Below are positions 13,633-26,408 of a DNA stretch of 64,000 nucleotides, piece by piece. How positions within the stretch are numbered: the first letter of the stretch is position 1; each line of letters starts with the position of its first letter. Made by a program: the position numbers and the translations under genes. Origin of the DNA: Octopus bimaculoides (lineage: Eukaryota); NCBI RefSeq assembly GCF_001194135.2, contig NC_068981.1, positions 66,582,599 through 66,646,598 on the forward strand, written 5' to 3'. The notes below the pieces were generated by a model, which worked only from the letters and a program-made list of their open reading frames with translations, did no database searches and was not told the DNA's origin.

Positions 13633-13938
13633 ACACACACATGTATGTATGTGTGCATGTGTGTGTATATATATATGTGTGTGCATATATATATATATAT
13701 ATATATNNNNNNNNNNACATATATATAAGTCAGTAAATAGTGGGGTTGTGTTAACTACACGTGGAGAAATAATAGGAAAATGAAGAATAGGGCAGAATGC
13801 TAAATTGGAAGCATATTTTAATAAAGATTTCTAACCAGCTTTCATTGCGAAGCAAATTTTCAAGAAGGAGAATGAAAATGTTTTTTACAAAGAAGTACAA
13901 AATGAAGAAAATAATATATAAAAAAAATAATAATATAT

Positions 13939-14887
13939 NNNNNNNNNNNNNNNNNNNNNNNNNNNNNNNNNNNNNNNNNNNNNNNNNNNNNNNNNNNNNN
14001 NNNNNNNNNNNNNNNNNNNNNNNNNNNNNNNNNNNNNNNNNNNNNNNNNNNNNNNNNNNNNNNNNNNNNNNNNNNNNNNNNNNNNNNNNNNNNNNNNNNN
14101 NNNNNNNNNNNNNNNNNNNNNNNNNNNNNNNNNNNNNNNNNNNNNNNNNNNNNNNNNNNNNNNNNNNNNNNNNNNNNNNNNNNNNNNNNNNNNNNNNNNN
14201 NNNNNNNNNNNNNNNNNNNNNNNNNNNNNNNNNNNNNNNNNNNNNNNNNNNNNNNNNNNNNNNNNNNNNNNNNNNNNNNNNNNNNNNNNNNNNNNNNNNN
14301 NNNNNNNNNNNNNNNNNNNNNNNNNNNNNNNNNNNNNNNNNNNNNNNNNNNNNNNNNNNNNNNNNNNNNNNNNNNNNNNNNNNNNNNNNNNNNNNNNNNN
14401 NNNNNNNNNNNNNNNNNNNNNNNNNNNNNNNNNNNNNNNNNNNNNNNNNNNNNNNNNNNNNNNNNNNNNNNNNNNNNNNNNNNNNNNNNNNNNNNNNNNN
14501 NNNNNNNNNNNNNNNNNNNNNNNNNNNNNNNNNNNNNNNNNNNNNNNNNNNNNNNNNNNNNNNNNNNNNNNNNNNNNNNNNNNNNNNNNNNNNNNNNNNN
14601 NNNNNNNNNNNNNNNNNNNNNNNNNNNNNNNNNNNNNNNNNNNNNNNNNNNNNNNNNNNNNNNNNNNNNNNNNNNNNNNNNNNNNNNNNNNNNNNNNNNN
14701 NNNNNNNNNNNNNNNNNNNNNNNNNNNNNNNNNNNNNNNNNNNNNNNNNNNNNNNNNNNNNNNNNNNNNNNNNNNNNNNNNNNNNNNNNNNNNNNNNNNN
14801 NNNNNNNNNNNNNNNNNNNNNNNNNNNNNNNNNNNNNNNNNNNNNNNNNNNNNNNNNNNNNNNNNNNNNNNNNNNNNNNNNNNNNNN
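13939..14887. other. Assembly gap (N run); representative of 13 gaps
   Basis: Others at 13707-13716, 19694-19703, 21586-21793, 26063-26217, 29687-29816, 35718-36027, 40346-40355, 46432-46441, 48063-48076, 48826-49712, 57555-57851 and 61429-61849. Confidence 1.
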
Positions 14888-15168
14888 AATAACATCTCTA
14901 TTGTAATGTGATATAATACTTTCACTATTATATGGTTTCAATTAATTTATTTTCTCTATGTATATATATATTAGTTTCATTTCTATTAGTTTCACAGTGA
15001 AGTGAAAAGTGGAGGGAAAGTGAGCAAGAAGAGAAGGCAAGGAAATGTGAGTGAGGGGGAACGAAAGAACGAAGAATAAGGGTGAAGAGGCTGATAGACC
15101 GAAATAGAGTCGTACAAGATTTAGAAAAATGTATACTTACATATAAGAGACAAAGTGTACGTACGCCG

Positions 15169-15206
<38 letters not shown>

Positions 15207-16340
15207 ACAAGAACACAAAATAAATATGTACACACACTTACACACATATATATATACACAAGCACACACATCTATGAATATAGATATACACATACATACA
15301 TACATACATACATACACATATATACATACATACATACATACACACATATAAATACAAATGGAATCAAATACACACACACACATATATATATATATACCTA
15401 CAAACATACACACATATAAGTTTGCACGTACATGTACACACCCATATGCATAAATATAGATATCGTTATGCATATGAATATATGAATAAACACTTACAAA
15501 TAAGGGCTCAGTTATTTGGGGAGCAATATGCTAGGGAGGACTTGTAGAATGAATAAATGTGGCATTAAAAATAAAGTTAAAGTTAATAGCAATTATAGAA
15601 AAACAAAATGTGTTCAGGTAAGCATAGAGATGGAAGGAATATAATAAACCTATGAGGTATTATAAATATATAAAGTTATAGAGTTAATTGCAATTATAGA
15701 AAAAGAGTATTCAGGTTAGGATAGAGATGAAAGGAATGTAATGTTATGTGGGGTAGTTTGCCATAAGAATATAGGAATACACCTACATGTATAAATAAAT
15801 ATTTATAAGTATATGAATACACACTCACAAATAAATGCTCAGAAATATATGGAGTAATACCCTAGGGAGAACTGGTATAATAAACATACATGGTATTTGA
15901 AATAGATAAAGTTAAACTACACATGTAGGGGAAATAGAATAACATACAATAGATAGTGCTCAGACTAGGAATATGGATCAGAAAAGGAAGGAAATAATAT
16001 TATCTGTGGTAATTTGCTATAATAATTATTGGGGCATAACTCAGACGATAATGCTTGTGGGTTGATATGATTACAATTCAGAAAATAGGATTATGGAATA
16101 TGTGACTGGTGACAAATAGAAGGGATAGATTTAGATGTACTATAAATATTTAATCAAACAAAGATGTACTATAAATATTTAATCAAGCAAAGAGGTAGAA
16201 AGATTTATACTGCTGAGGATATTAGCTGACCAATTATGTTGTAGGATTGACATTGGTCTTACCCCACTTCTGATAGGGGTATTATGATGACAGTCTTTTG
16301 TTAGTAAATAATAACAGCACAGTTCATACCCAAATTATTT

Positions 16341-17843
16341 CTTATATACATTATTTGATTTATAAATAATTCATATCTATGTATACAAGTCTCTTCAGGT
16401 CCTTGGTTCAAAAAGACAGACGAAATTCCATGTAAAAGGACTGTCAGATTGCATAATACTGATTCAAAATACCTATGTTTGAATAATGTTTATGTCAGTA
16501 ACAATAGATAAATGAGAGGGGTTATTATATATTATTACATATAATTTACATATTTGCTTTGAGTAATAATAAATATATGAATAGTATTACATATAAATGA
16601 ATAGTTGATATACTAGAAATATGTTCTTTCGAACATGTATAGGCATATTTATAGAATAGATATGGATTTACACAATTAATCTGTCAATAATACTAAGTAA
16701 AACCCTGATGCTTTATCTATTTATATACTCATATATTATTATTATTATTATATATCATTAAAATGGCCAGTGATTACTTTTGAATTGAATACATTTAGGT
16801 TAATATTATTGGAGATATATAAAAACACTTTTCTTTTGTTGCACTTATGTATTTGAATTGTTAATGCTCACGCTCCTTAACATAGGTATTTCGGACGTTT
16901 GTGATTTGACGGGCAACATTTTTTTATGTAGTGTTTTTGGTACCGAAACACTTTCAAACTTTGTATACTTGTATATTTTGTGGTATAGAACAGATAATAA
17001 TTTTTGTATTCGAAGTTATTTCACATTAAAACTTGTCTTATTTCGATAATTTCAACTAATCACTGACGTCTATTCAGTTGAATACAGTAACTGCTGTGAC
17101 GGTGTATATGGTATTAATCCCTGTTAGTTCTGACATTTCCGATTAACTAGACTGTTCATAAACAAAGGGGAAAAAGCCATCAAAATACTTGAATATTGCC
17201 TACACTTGTTATTGGAGCTACCAGAATTATTAATGCACCTCCACCAAGTGCTTCATTTCCTAGAAATAGCAGCCAAATCTTCTTCAAATCAAACTCTAGT
17301 TTAGGGTTAGGGTTCGGGTTTTAGAGTTAGGGTTAGGGTTATGGTTAAGGTTAGGGTTAGGGTTATGAGTGAGGTTATGGGAAAAATATACACACACAGA
17401 TACGCACAGTGTAATTTATTATATAAACAATATATGCGTATAAATTACGATTAAACCGGATGAAATATGTCACAGGGAATAACATTTTTATGACCGGCCA
17501 GCACTGACTGTATTCAGCTGAATAGACGTCAGTGATTGGTTGAAATTACAGAAATATGACAACTTTAACATGAAATAACTTGCGATGTACATTTTTTTGT
17601 TAAGAAGGCTAAGAGAAAAAGTTGTTTTGTATGACACATTCTACCAGTGTCCCAAGTTTGAAAGTGTTTCGTTCAGAAAACAAGTGTTGCCCGTCAAATC
17701 ACAAAGATCCGGTATTTCGAATCAATATTGTGCAATCTGGCAGTCCTTTTAAATAGAATTTCATCTGTATTTTTGAACGAAGGCCCTGGAGAGACTTGTA
17801 TACATAGATATGAATTGTTTATAAATCAAATAATGTATATAAG
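16341..17843. mobile_element. Non-autonomous foldback/long-TIR element with a telomere-like core
   Basis: 16341-16470 pairs with 17716-17843, and 16892-17150 pairs with ~17450-17715. For example, aatcactgacgtctattcagttgaatacagt (17058-17088) versus 17507-17537 has 1 mismatch in 31 nt. Confidence 0.8.
17301..17380 (+). repeat. Degenerate (TTAGGG)n tract inside the foldback element
   Basis: ttagggttagggttcgggttttagagttagggttagggttatggttaaggttagggttagggtt. Confidence 0.85.
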
Positions 17844-18256
17844 TCGAAACAAATTGTTGGCTTTATTTGTTGTTTGCTTAAAAATTGGTTATATTATCTT
17901 GTCTTATATTATATCATATTTTATATTATATTATAATGTAATAAATTGTTAGATTGTCATAGATTGTCAATTGTATTTCTCTATTTAATTTATTATTTGA
18001 TATATATATATGTATATTCCTAGACTGGGTGGTGCATTGTGTTCTTCATCTCGCATTGCTCTGCAATCACTTCGACACCTGATGCACGGTACATGGTGCA
18101 CCTGTTCAGAGAACGTTGATTTGATGGAGAGAGTGAGCTAATGTGCAGCACGAACATTTGATCACTATAAACAAATCATTTGTGCAGGTCGTTCAACAAA
18201 AACCTCCATGGAAGAGTCCATCATATATGTGTGTGTGTGTACACACACTCACAGTT

Positions 18257-18550
18257 AAATAGAGGTTTCTGTATGAAACTTACAATGTAAAGTGGTACAT
18301 TAAATGAAATTATTTATGTTATAAACTACATTTCAATAAATGTATCTATCATCACCAATTTCACAAAATGCTTTTTCTTGTTCATGAAATTCATGAAACA
18401 GTCTGTAGAAGCTATATTAATTTAAAGTCCACTGATTACCAAAAGCATAAGTAGTTGTCAAATATTTTTCTTTGTTTAAACAAGCCGCAAAATTTTCCTA
18501 GAAACTAAATCAACTATGTAAATTATGAAAAGAACATTTCTGAAGAAATT
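18257..18550 (+). mobile_element. hAT transposase fragment, inverted relative to copies A and B
   Basis: Reverse complement of 19900-20191, with visible substitutions. Confidence 0.8.
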
Positions 18551-18714
18551 CAATGCATGCAACTGTTAATCCAAGGATGTTTTTTTTTCATCTCTCTGTT
18601 TTTTTTCCCCGTCTCTCCATGTTTTCTCTCCTCACTCCTTTCTGTAGAAGAGCATAGGCTCAAAACATCAAGCACTCTTCCATTTTATCAGAATGTCAAA
18701 CTAATACACCTTGT

Positions 18715-19543
18715 TTGTCTTTGTGCCAAGGATAAGATTCTGTGATCATATATATGACCTGTTAGAAATTAAGAAACATGTTTCATATCAAAAGTTGTAG
18801 AACTTTTTTCTATGGAAAACCTTATTTAATGTTCATTGCATGCTGGTAATCTGGTATTTTACTGTTTCATTAAAAATCTATTATTGCTATTATATGAAAT
18901 ATTTCAGTAAATTAAGAATCCCATAAAGACATATGTCTTTGTTTGAAAAAGCCAATAGTGGAATTAATGAATAAATAGAAAATGTAGTCGACAAATAATT
19001 TAATGAGTTTCTATGATTGATCATTCTAAGAACAACAATTGGATATTTCATTCTTATATCATTAACTGTGGTTAAAATTTGGTCCTTGACAAGAATATCT
19101 ATCATCAAACATCGTAAATAAAAAGAGATTGGTTCTCAACAGTTGTGTGTATTGAGACGAGACGCAATTTAACAAACATATTGAAATAGAAGTGGGATTT
19201 CAAAATATCTCTATATTTCAGTACAGAATACTTTTAAACATCAAATTAACACATTAGAATATTATGTTCTGATATCTCTAAACACTTCCATTTCTAAGTC
19301 ATTTGGTGCTTTGGAGAGGATGGTACCTAAATTTGTGTGGTTGAAAAACTAGTGTAAGTACAAGGTCATGTTTTTAAAAATATCAGCAAGCTTCTCATTT
19401 TATTCTTCATTTAGGAAGTCTTGGACTGCTGTGCAATTTTTTTCTGTTTGTGATGTCTCATATCCTTAATGATTTGCTTCTATCATGTTCATTAGTTGTT
19501 TCCAAGTTGAGGAGAGTATTCGGCTGGAAGTTTCTGAGACTGT

Positions 19544-19583
<40 letters not shown>

Positions 19584-19648
19584 CATACATACATATACAC
19601 ACATACTATATACACATATATAAACACAAATATATATGTGTATGTGTG

Positions 19649-19693
<45 letters not shown>

Positions 19694-19703
19694 NNNNNNN
19701 NNN

Positions 19704-19754
<51 letters not shown>

Positions 19755-20191
19755 TACATACATACTGCTGACACATATTTAAACACACAAATATATATGT
19801 GTATTGAGAAAGAGAGGTAAAGGAGATTTATTTTTGCTTCAGTAAAAAAAATAAAATATTCAGATCATATTGCTTTGACATATCACACAAGATTCCGGTA
19901 TTTCTTCAGATATGTTCTTTTGATAATTTACATAGTTGATTTAGTTCCTAGAAAAATTTTGTGACTTGTTTACACAAAGAAAAATATTTGACAGCTATTT
20001 GTGCTTGTGATAACCACTGGACTTTAAACTGATATGGCTTCCACAGACTGTTTCATGAATTTCATGAACAAGAAAAAGCATTTTGTGAAATTGGCGATGA
20101 TAGATACATTTGTTGAGATGTAGTTATAACATTAATAATTTCATTTAATGTGTCACTTTACATTGTAAGTTTCATACAGAAACCTCTATTT
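18715..20191 (-). mobile_element. hAT (Charlie/GTF2IRD2-like) transposon fragment, copy A: C-terminal half of transposase plus 3' region
   Basis: Minus strand: HRQFHKML, frameshift, PYQFKVQWLSQAQIAVKYFSLCKQVTKFF*EL..GILCDMSKQYDLNI (VRWLSxG..L..FF motif), then SKAPNDLEMEVF (APxELQMEL motif). Interrupted by an (AT)/(CA) microsatellite and a gap at ~19550-19790. Confidence 0.8.
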
Positions 20192-20374
20192 ATGTGTGTG
20201 TGTGTGTGTGTGTGTTTAAATATCTATCTTTATATATATCTGTGTACGTTTATTAAAGCTGTGTGGGTTTATCTGTGTGTATATATAAACATATGTGTAT
20301 GTATATATATGTGTGTGTGTGTGTGTGTCTAAATATCTATCTTTTTATATGTTTGTGTACATTTATTAAAGCTG

Positions 20375-20450
20375 TGTGGGTATATCTGTGTGGGTATATC
20401 TGTGTGGGTATATCTGTGTGGGTATATCTGTGTGGGTATATCTGTGTGTA
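20375..20450. repeat. 14-bp minisatellite (tatatctgtgtggg)n within a ~110-bp tandem duplication
   Basis: About five direct units visible. Confidence 0.8.
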
Positions 20451-20741
20451 TATATAAAAGTGTGTGTGTATGTGTGTGCGCATGCACACACATACATACA
20501 CACATCTTTATAAATAATTTGCCCAAATTTATTTTTCCTTAATAGCATTATTTTCAGAAAGTGAGTTATTTCACTTGAATGTGACCTTGCTGTCAGGATA
20601 CCAGAACCAAGCTGTGTACATCGGTGGCTTATTTGATTCTTCTTCCCAATTAATTGATGTGGACAGTTGACTTCAAGGGTGTCTGTTTTTACATCACAAA
20701 ATAAACAAAAATGTATATATATGAATGACTGAGTTATGTTG

Positions 20742-22230
20742 GTCTTTGTGCCAAGGATAAAATTCTGTGATTGTGTATATGACCTGTTAGAAATTATGAA
20801 ACCTGTTTCATATCAAAAGTTGTAGAACTTTTTTCTGTGGGAAACCTTATTTAATGTTCTTTGCATGTTGTTAATCTTGTATTTTGGTGTTTCATTAAAA
20901 ACCTACTCCTGCTATTATGCGAAATGTTAAATAAACTAGGAATGCCATAAAGACATATATCTTTGCCTGAAAAAGCTGACAACAGAATTAATGAATAAAT
21001 AGAAAATGTAGTCAACAAATGACTTAATGAGCTTTTTTAACTGATTTTTCTAAGAATAACAATTGGATATTTGATTCTGGTATCATTATCTGTAGCTAAA
21101 TTTTAGTCCTGATCATGAATATCTATCGTCAGAGATCTTGAATGTATTAATTTACTTTCTAAATAAAAATATTAGCTCACAGCAGTGAGCTGCATTGAGA
21201 TTAGATACAATTTAACAAACATATTGAAATAGAAGTGGGTATTCAAAAGTATCTCTTTATATTTCAGTACGGAATACTTTTAAACATCAAATTAAGACTT
21301 TAGAATATTATGTTCTGATATCTCTAAACACTTCCATTTCTAAGTCATTTGGTGCTTTGGAGAGGATGGTACCTAAATTTGTGTGGTTGAAAAACTAGTG
21401 TAAGTACAAGGTCATGTTTTTAAAAATATCAGCAAGCTTCTCATTTTATTCTTCATTTAGGAAGTCTTGGACTGCAGTGCAATTTTTTTCTGTTTGTGAT
21501 GTCTCATATCCTTAATGATTTGCTTCTATCATGTTCATTAGTTGTTTCCAAGTTGAGGAGAGTATTCGGCTGGAAGTTTCTGAGANNNNNNNNNNNNNNN
21601 NNNNNNNNNNNNNNNNNNNNNNNNNNNNNNNNNNNNNNNNNNNNNNNNNNNNNNNNNNNNNNNNNNNNNNNNNNNNNNNNNNNNNNNNNNNNNNNNNNNN
21701 NNNNNNNNNNNNNNNNNNNNNNNNNNNNNNNNNNNNNNNNNNNNNNNNNNNNNNNNNNNNNNNNNNNNNNNNNNNNNNNNNNNNNNNNNNNNNCATGTAT
21801 ATACATATATGTGTATAGTAACACACACACACACATGTAGTTACATACACACATATATATACACAATTGAGAGAGAGGTGGGGGTAATTTATTTTTGCTT
21901 CAGTAAAAAAATAAATATTCAGATCGTATTGCTTTGACATATCACACAAGATTCCGGTATTTCTTCAGATATGTTCTTTTGATAATTTACATAGTTGATT
22001 TAGTTCCTAGAAAAATTTTGTGACTTGTTTACTCAAAGAAAAATATCTGACAACTACTTGTGCTTTTGATAATCAGTGGACTTTAAATTGATATGGCTTC
22101 TACATACTGCTTTATGAACAAGAAAAAGCATTTTGTGAAATTGGTGATAATAGATACATTGTTCATATATTGTTTATAATACTAATAATTTCATTTAATG
22201 TGCCAGTTTACATTTTAAGTTTTGCACAGA
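20742..22230 (-). mobile_element. hAT (Charlie/GTF2IRD2-like) fragment, copy B (tandem paralogue of copy A)
   Basis: Colinear with copy A at an offset of ~2.05 kb. Dimerisation-domain remnant PLLFQYVC*IVSNLNAAHCCELIF (YP.L...A..LS.F.TTY.CE..FS), ending ESNIQLLFLEKSVKKAH* with the stop at 21024-21026. Confidence 0.8.
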
Positions 22231-22635
22231 GAGAGAGAGAGAGAGGTTGGTGCACAATAGAACTATTGGAAAGAGGAACCTGAAATATTGTGTCTAGTTG
22301 TCTGGATGACACTTGATGCCTGCTTGTGTCTGGTATGCAAAGCTTTTAATTGGTAAGATTTGTATTTGTGAGTTGTTTGTAAATAAACGACTTAATATGC
22401 TACTCATCATCATGATCATCATCATCATCATCTAATGTTCACGTTTGGTTGGATGGATGTTTGATGAGACAGAGTTTCTATGGCTAGATGCCCTTCTTGT
22501 TTGCAGTTGTCACTTGTTTCCATGTATGGGAGTATTCTCCAAAAGCCAGACATGTTTCCACAGAAGATAGGGGAATGGACACTTTGCATGAGGGTGACAT
22601 TCGCTTACAACTATCATGTGATGTCAAGGCAAGGA

Positions 22636-22681
<46 letters not shown>

Positions 22682-23949
22682 CATGCATGCACACACCGTC
22701 TGGATTTCTTTCAGTTTCTGTCTGCCACATTCACTTACAAGAAATTTGCCCAATGTGCGATGGAGTGGGATTGAACCCAGAAAAATGGGGTTGAGAAGTG
22801 AAGTTCTTACCATGCAGCCACATGATAGTATTCCTCTTTTAAAGAGAGTTAAGATATTAGTTCAACATGACCTTGCTGTCAGGATACCAGAAGAAAAATT
22901 GCTTTTGTTGTTATTGATGGTGGTATTATTGTTTAATCCATGTCAGCCTTATGATTAAAGCAGATCTATGATTTAAAAAAAAAAGAAAATTATTTTTTTC
23001 TTTGACTTTTGGCTTAGTCATGAATAACGGTTTCTTCCATGACCTTCCTGCTGAAATTTATTCTGTCTTGAATGCTCACATCTAGAGAGACTTCACTGAA
23101 GGACCATGAACCTGGTGGTCATGTTAAACTGGATGATGGTTTAAGTCTATCATTCAGTCTAGCCATGACTATTCTCATATTTAAAAGAAAAGGAAAATCT
23201 ATCTGGGATTACAGTATTGAAAATAGTTTCTACTTTTTAAACTGTAAGATGTGACCTAAAGGTAATTTGGCTGTTATTTGTTGTAGGTTAAAGGACTATA
23301 GAGAAGTTCCCATGTTGGTTTGATTATCAGTAGTAAGTAACATCCCAAGGCAATAATATTTCAGTTATAACACAAATATTGTAAAATAACACCAGTGCTG
23401 AGATAGTAATGTCAGTAAGTTCATCCAAGGTAATTGAATAATAAATAGTTTTGCTTGGAGCAATGTATGAAGTTCTGTTACACTGAGGGCTAACTCATAT
23501 TGTTGATCAGTTATGTTCTTCCTTGATAGAAGTTGTTTTTATTTATCTGAATTTGATCTTTTTATAATTTCAACAGGGCATTCTTTTATTAATTTTACTT
23601 TGTGCATTCGACCGCTCATGGCCAACTGTTGTAGCAAGACTTTACAAAATGTGTATCTTTTTACTCTGCTTGAAGAAACTAATCACAGAAATGCACATAT
23701 TTCATATGTGTTTATTCAATATTTCATCCATTCTGTTCATTTATTTCACATAGACCTTAGTCATAGTGACATCTGATTTCTAGTTGCTTATGGTGCACTC
23801 ACAGTGAACAAATATCTTGATTAGAACAATTAAGATGTACCTTGTTAGTTCTATTTACATTTATTTATAACATAAATCACATTGAGGTATTTTAAACTTC
23901 CTGGCAGTCTCACTACCTCAAGTAAGGTAGTTATTTCTGGTGCATCCAT

Positions 23950-24175
23950 AGTCAATCTTCTCTGGCAACCTGTCTATAATTGCAATGCCCTTCTTGTAGG
24001 ATATATAGTTTATGTAGGATGCATTGTTTGAACTTTCTACAAACGTCTTTTCTGCATATCAAGCATGGCCATTTCTCAGATGGCGCTGGAGTCCTGCATT
24101 CTTTTCTACTGATGCTGGGTCTGCACAAACTAATGTTTTTACGAAAATCTGAAGATAATGTATAATGCTTCACAT
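23950..24175 (-). mobile_element. Short fragment of the RTE-X-like LINE (Cys-rich insert)
   Basis: SEKWPCLICRKDVCRK is homologous to the Cys-rich segment at ~6200-6310. Confidence 0.6.
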
Positions 24176-24239
24176 CAAGTCTCTTCTACAGTATAATTGA
24201 CAGTACTCTTTCCAATAGGTGGTTGTAAATTTCTGGACT

Positions 24240-25860
24240 CCTCTCAGCACCAGCTACCTGTACATGACTCAGCAATTCATTGCATCCCACAACAGCTACA
24301 AATAACAGAACTGAAACAGGATTCCAACTATATAAGAGACTGTTAAGGCTACAGAGTAGCTGAAAAATGGAAAGGCTGTAGGAGATGAAAACCTACTGGA
24401 AATTTGGAAGAAATGGAGGTGAGAAAGGCAGCATTGCACACCAAACTCTTATGAGTTGTTTGTCTGCTGGGAACAGGGTAGACTACCACAGGACCTCTGT
24501 GTTGAAATCATCACTCTTTAGAAGAATGAGAAGGAAAAGTCTGATTGTTCCTAATGCCAGGCAGTATAACTCTGCTCTCTATTGGGAGGAAAAATATTTG
24601 CAAGAATACCCCAGAACAGAGTGAGGGCCATCATTACAGAACTCTTCCCATAGAGCCAATGTGGATCCATGCACCTCTGACATGGTATTTATTCTCAGGC
24701 AACCTCAAGAAAAATCTAGAGAACAGTTAAAGGGACTGCATGTGACATTTGTAGACCTTATCAAAGCATTTAATATTGTGAGTTGCAAAAGTCTCTGGGA
24801 GATCCTGAAATGACTTGTGTATCCTCCCTACATCAAATTCCTCAGCATGATCAGTCAGCTATTTGGAGATCGGTGTATTGAAGTTAGTCACAATGAACTC
24901 TTCGAGTTTTTTTTCTGGGAGGAAATGTTGTAAAACAATGCTGTCTCCTTTTTCTGACTTTCTTTACTATCTTTATGAACATGCTACCTGTAAGAGTCAT
25001 AAAAGACTTCAGTGAGGAAGATTGTTTCTACTTTTCATGCTGCACCAGTGGTCACACATGTAACCTAAGCTGACTTCATCTCCACACAAAGACACAAGAA
25101 CAACTCACGCAGGCTTTACTCATTGTAAATAATGCTATCCTATTGCCCATACAGAACCTGTGCTGCAGTGTATTACATCATGCTTTGCAGAGGCTGCTGA
25201 GGTCTTCAGACTGGAAGACAGCTTGAAGAAGACAGAAGTTCTCTACAATCTGATACCTCAGAAATATTACCACTTTCTCTGCATTATCATTGGCAAGATA
25301 GAGCTGAAGCTAGTCCTTGAGTTTAAGCTATTTGGTAGGGGAGAGAGTGTACCACTTTGTCAGATGCCAAATTTGACAAATGTTGAAAACAGAATGGTAA
25401 AAGTGAACAGCACATTTGGCAAGCAGTACAGATAGTCAGTAACAGCTAGCACATGAGGAAAGTTACCACGATCAGTGTCTACAGTGATCATCCTCCCGTA
25501 CATTCTAAGTCATAGATTAGCTTCTTTAAGCATAAATGACTGTGGATATTTCTGCTAGCTGTGCCTCCCACTTATCTCAATGTCCACAGTGGAAGTTACC
25601 AACATTGAAGCCATTCTATTAACGATCCAGCTGTGCTGGCAGCATACACTTCAAGCCTCTGGGAGGGGCATTAAAGAAAGTATATGAAGACATCCTGAAG
25701 ATATCTTTTGATGCCTGTCACATTGATCATTGACACTAGTCTATGATAGACTCCAATCAAGAAGCTTGGTGAGACACTGTCAACCAGTCTGACTCCTTTG
25801 GGAATGCATGCATGGCTGGCTTTGAAGAATAAAGGAAGTTAAAGATGAAACATAACTTAG
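24240..25860 (+). mobile_element. RTE (BovB-like) LINE RT remnant
   Basis: LKNGKAVGD, ITLLSIG.KNI, FVDLIKAFNIVSCKSLWEIL, and FAEAAEVFRLEDSLKKTEVL (FGLxISLKKTEVL motif). Confidence 0.8.
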
Positions 25861-26009
25861 TAGTAATGGACCCAGAACAATTTCTTTTGCAACCATTTTA
25901 GTTGGGCCTGCCTCTCCTGTTTTGCCCTCATTAACCACTAGCAAGCCTATAACAGAGATGGACAGCCTGAATTTTCATCTGCGAAGCCAGAATATAATAT
26001 AAACACACA

Positions 26010-26061
<52 letters not shown>

Positions 26062-26345
26062 CNNNNNNNNNNNNNNNNNNNNNNNNNNNNNNNNNNNNNN
26101 NNNNNNNNNNNNNNNNNNNNNNNNNNNNNNNNNNNNNNNNNNNNNNNNNNNNNNNNNNNNNNNNNNNNNNNNNNNNNNNNNNNNNNNNNNNNNNNNNNNN
26201 NNNNNNNNNNNNNNNNNCACGCACGCACGCACGCACACGTGCATTCTTTTGACGCATATCATCATCATTTAGCATCTGCTTTCCATGCTGGCATGGATTT
26301 GGCTGGGACTTGTAAACCAGAGAGCTGTAACTGGTTCCAGTCTAA

Positions 26346-26408
<63 letters not shown>

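Noticed and set aside
13751-14941. Long ORFs (300-400 aa) in the ORF track here and at 48649-49938, 57445-58055 and 61159-62043
   Set aside because: They read through N gaps and microsatellites; not real coding sequence.
17301-17380. Telomere or chromosome-fusion scar
   Set aside because: Short, degenerate, single orientation and enclosed by the arms of a repeat element.
23560-23700. CpG-containing segment after a good acceptor, reading GILLLILLCAFDRSWPTVVARLYK
   Set aside because: No convincing donor, open frames on both strands, no recognisable family; cannot support an exon call.
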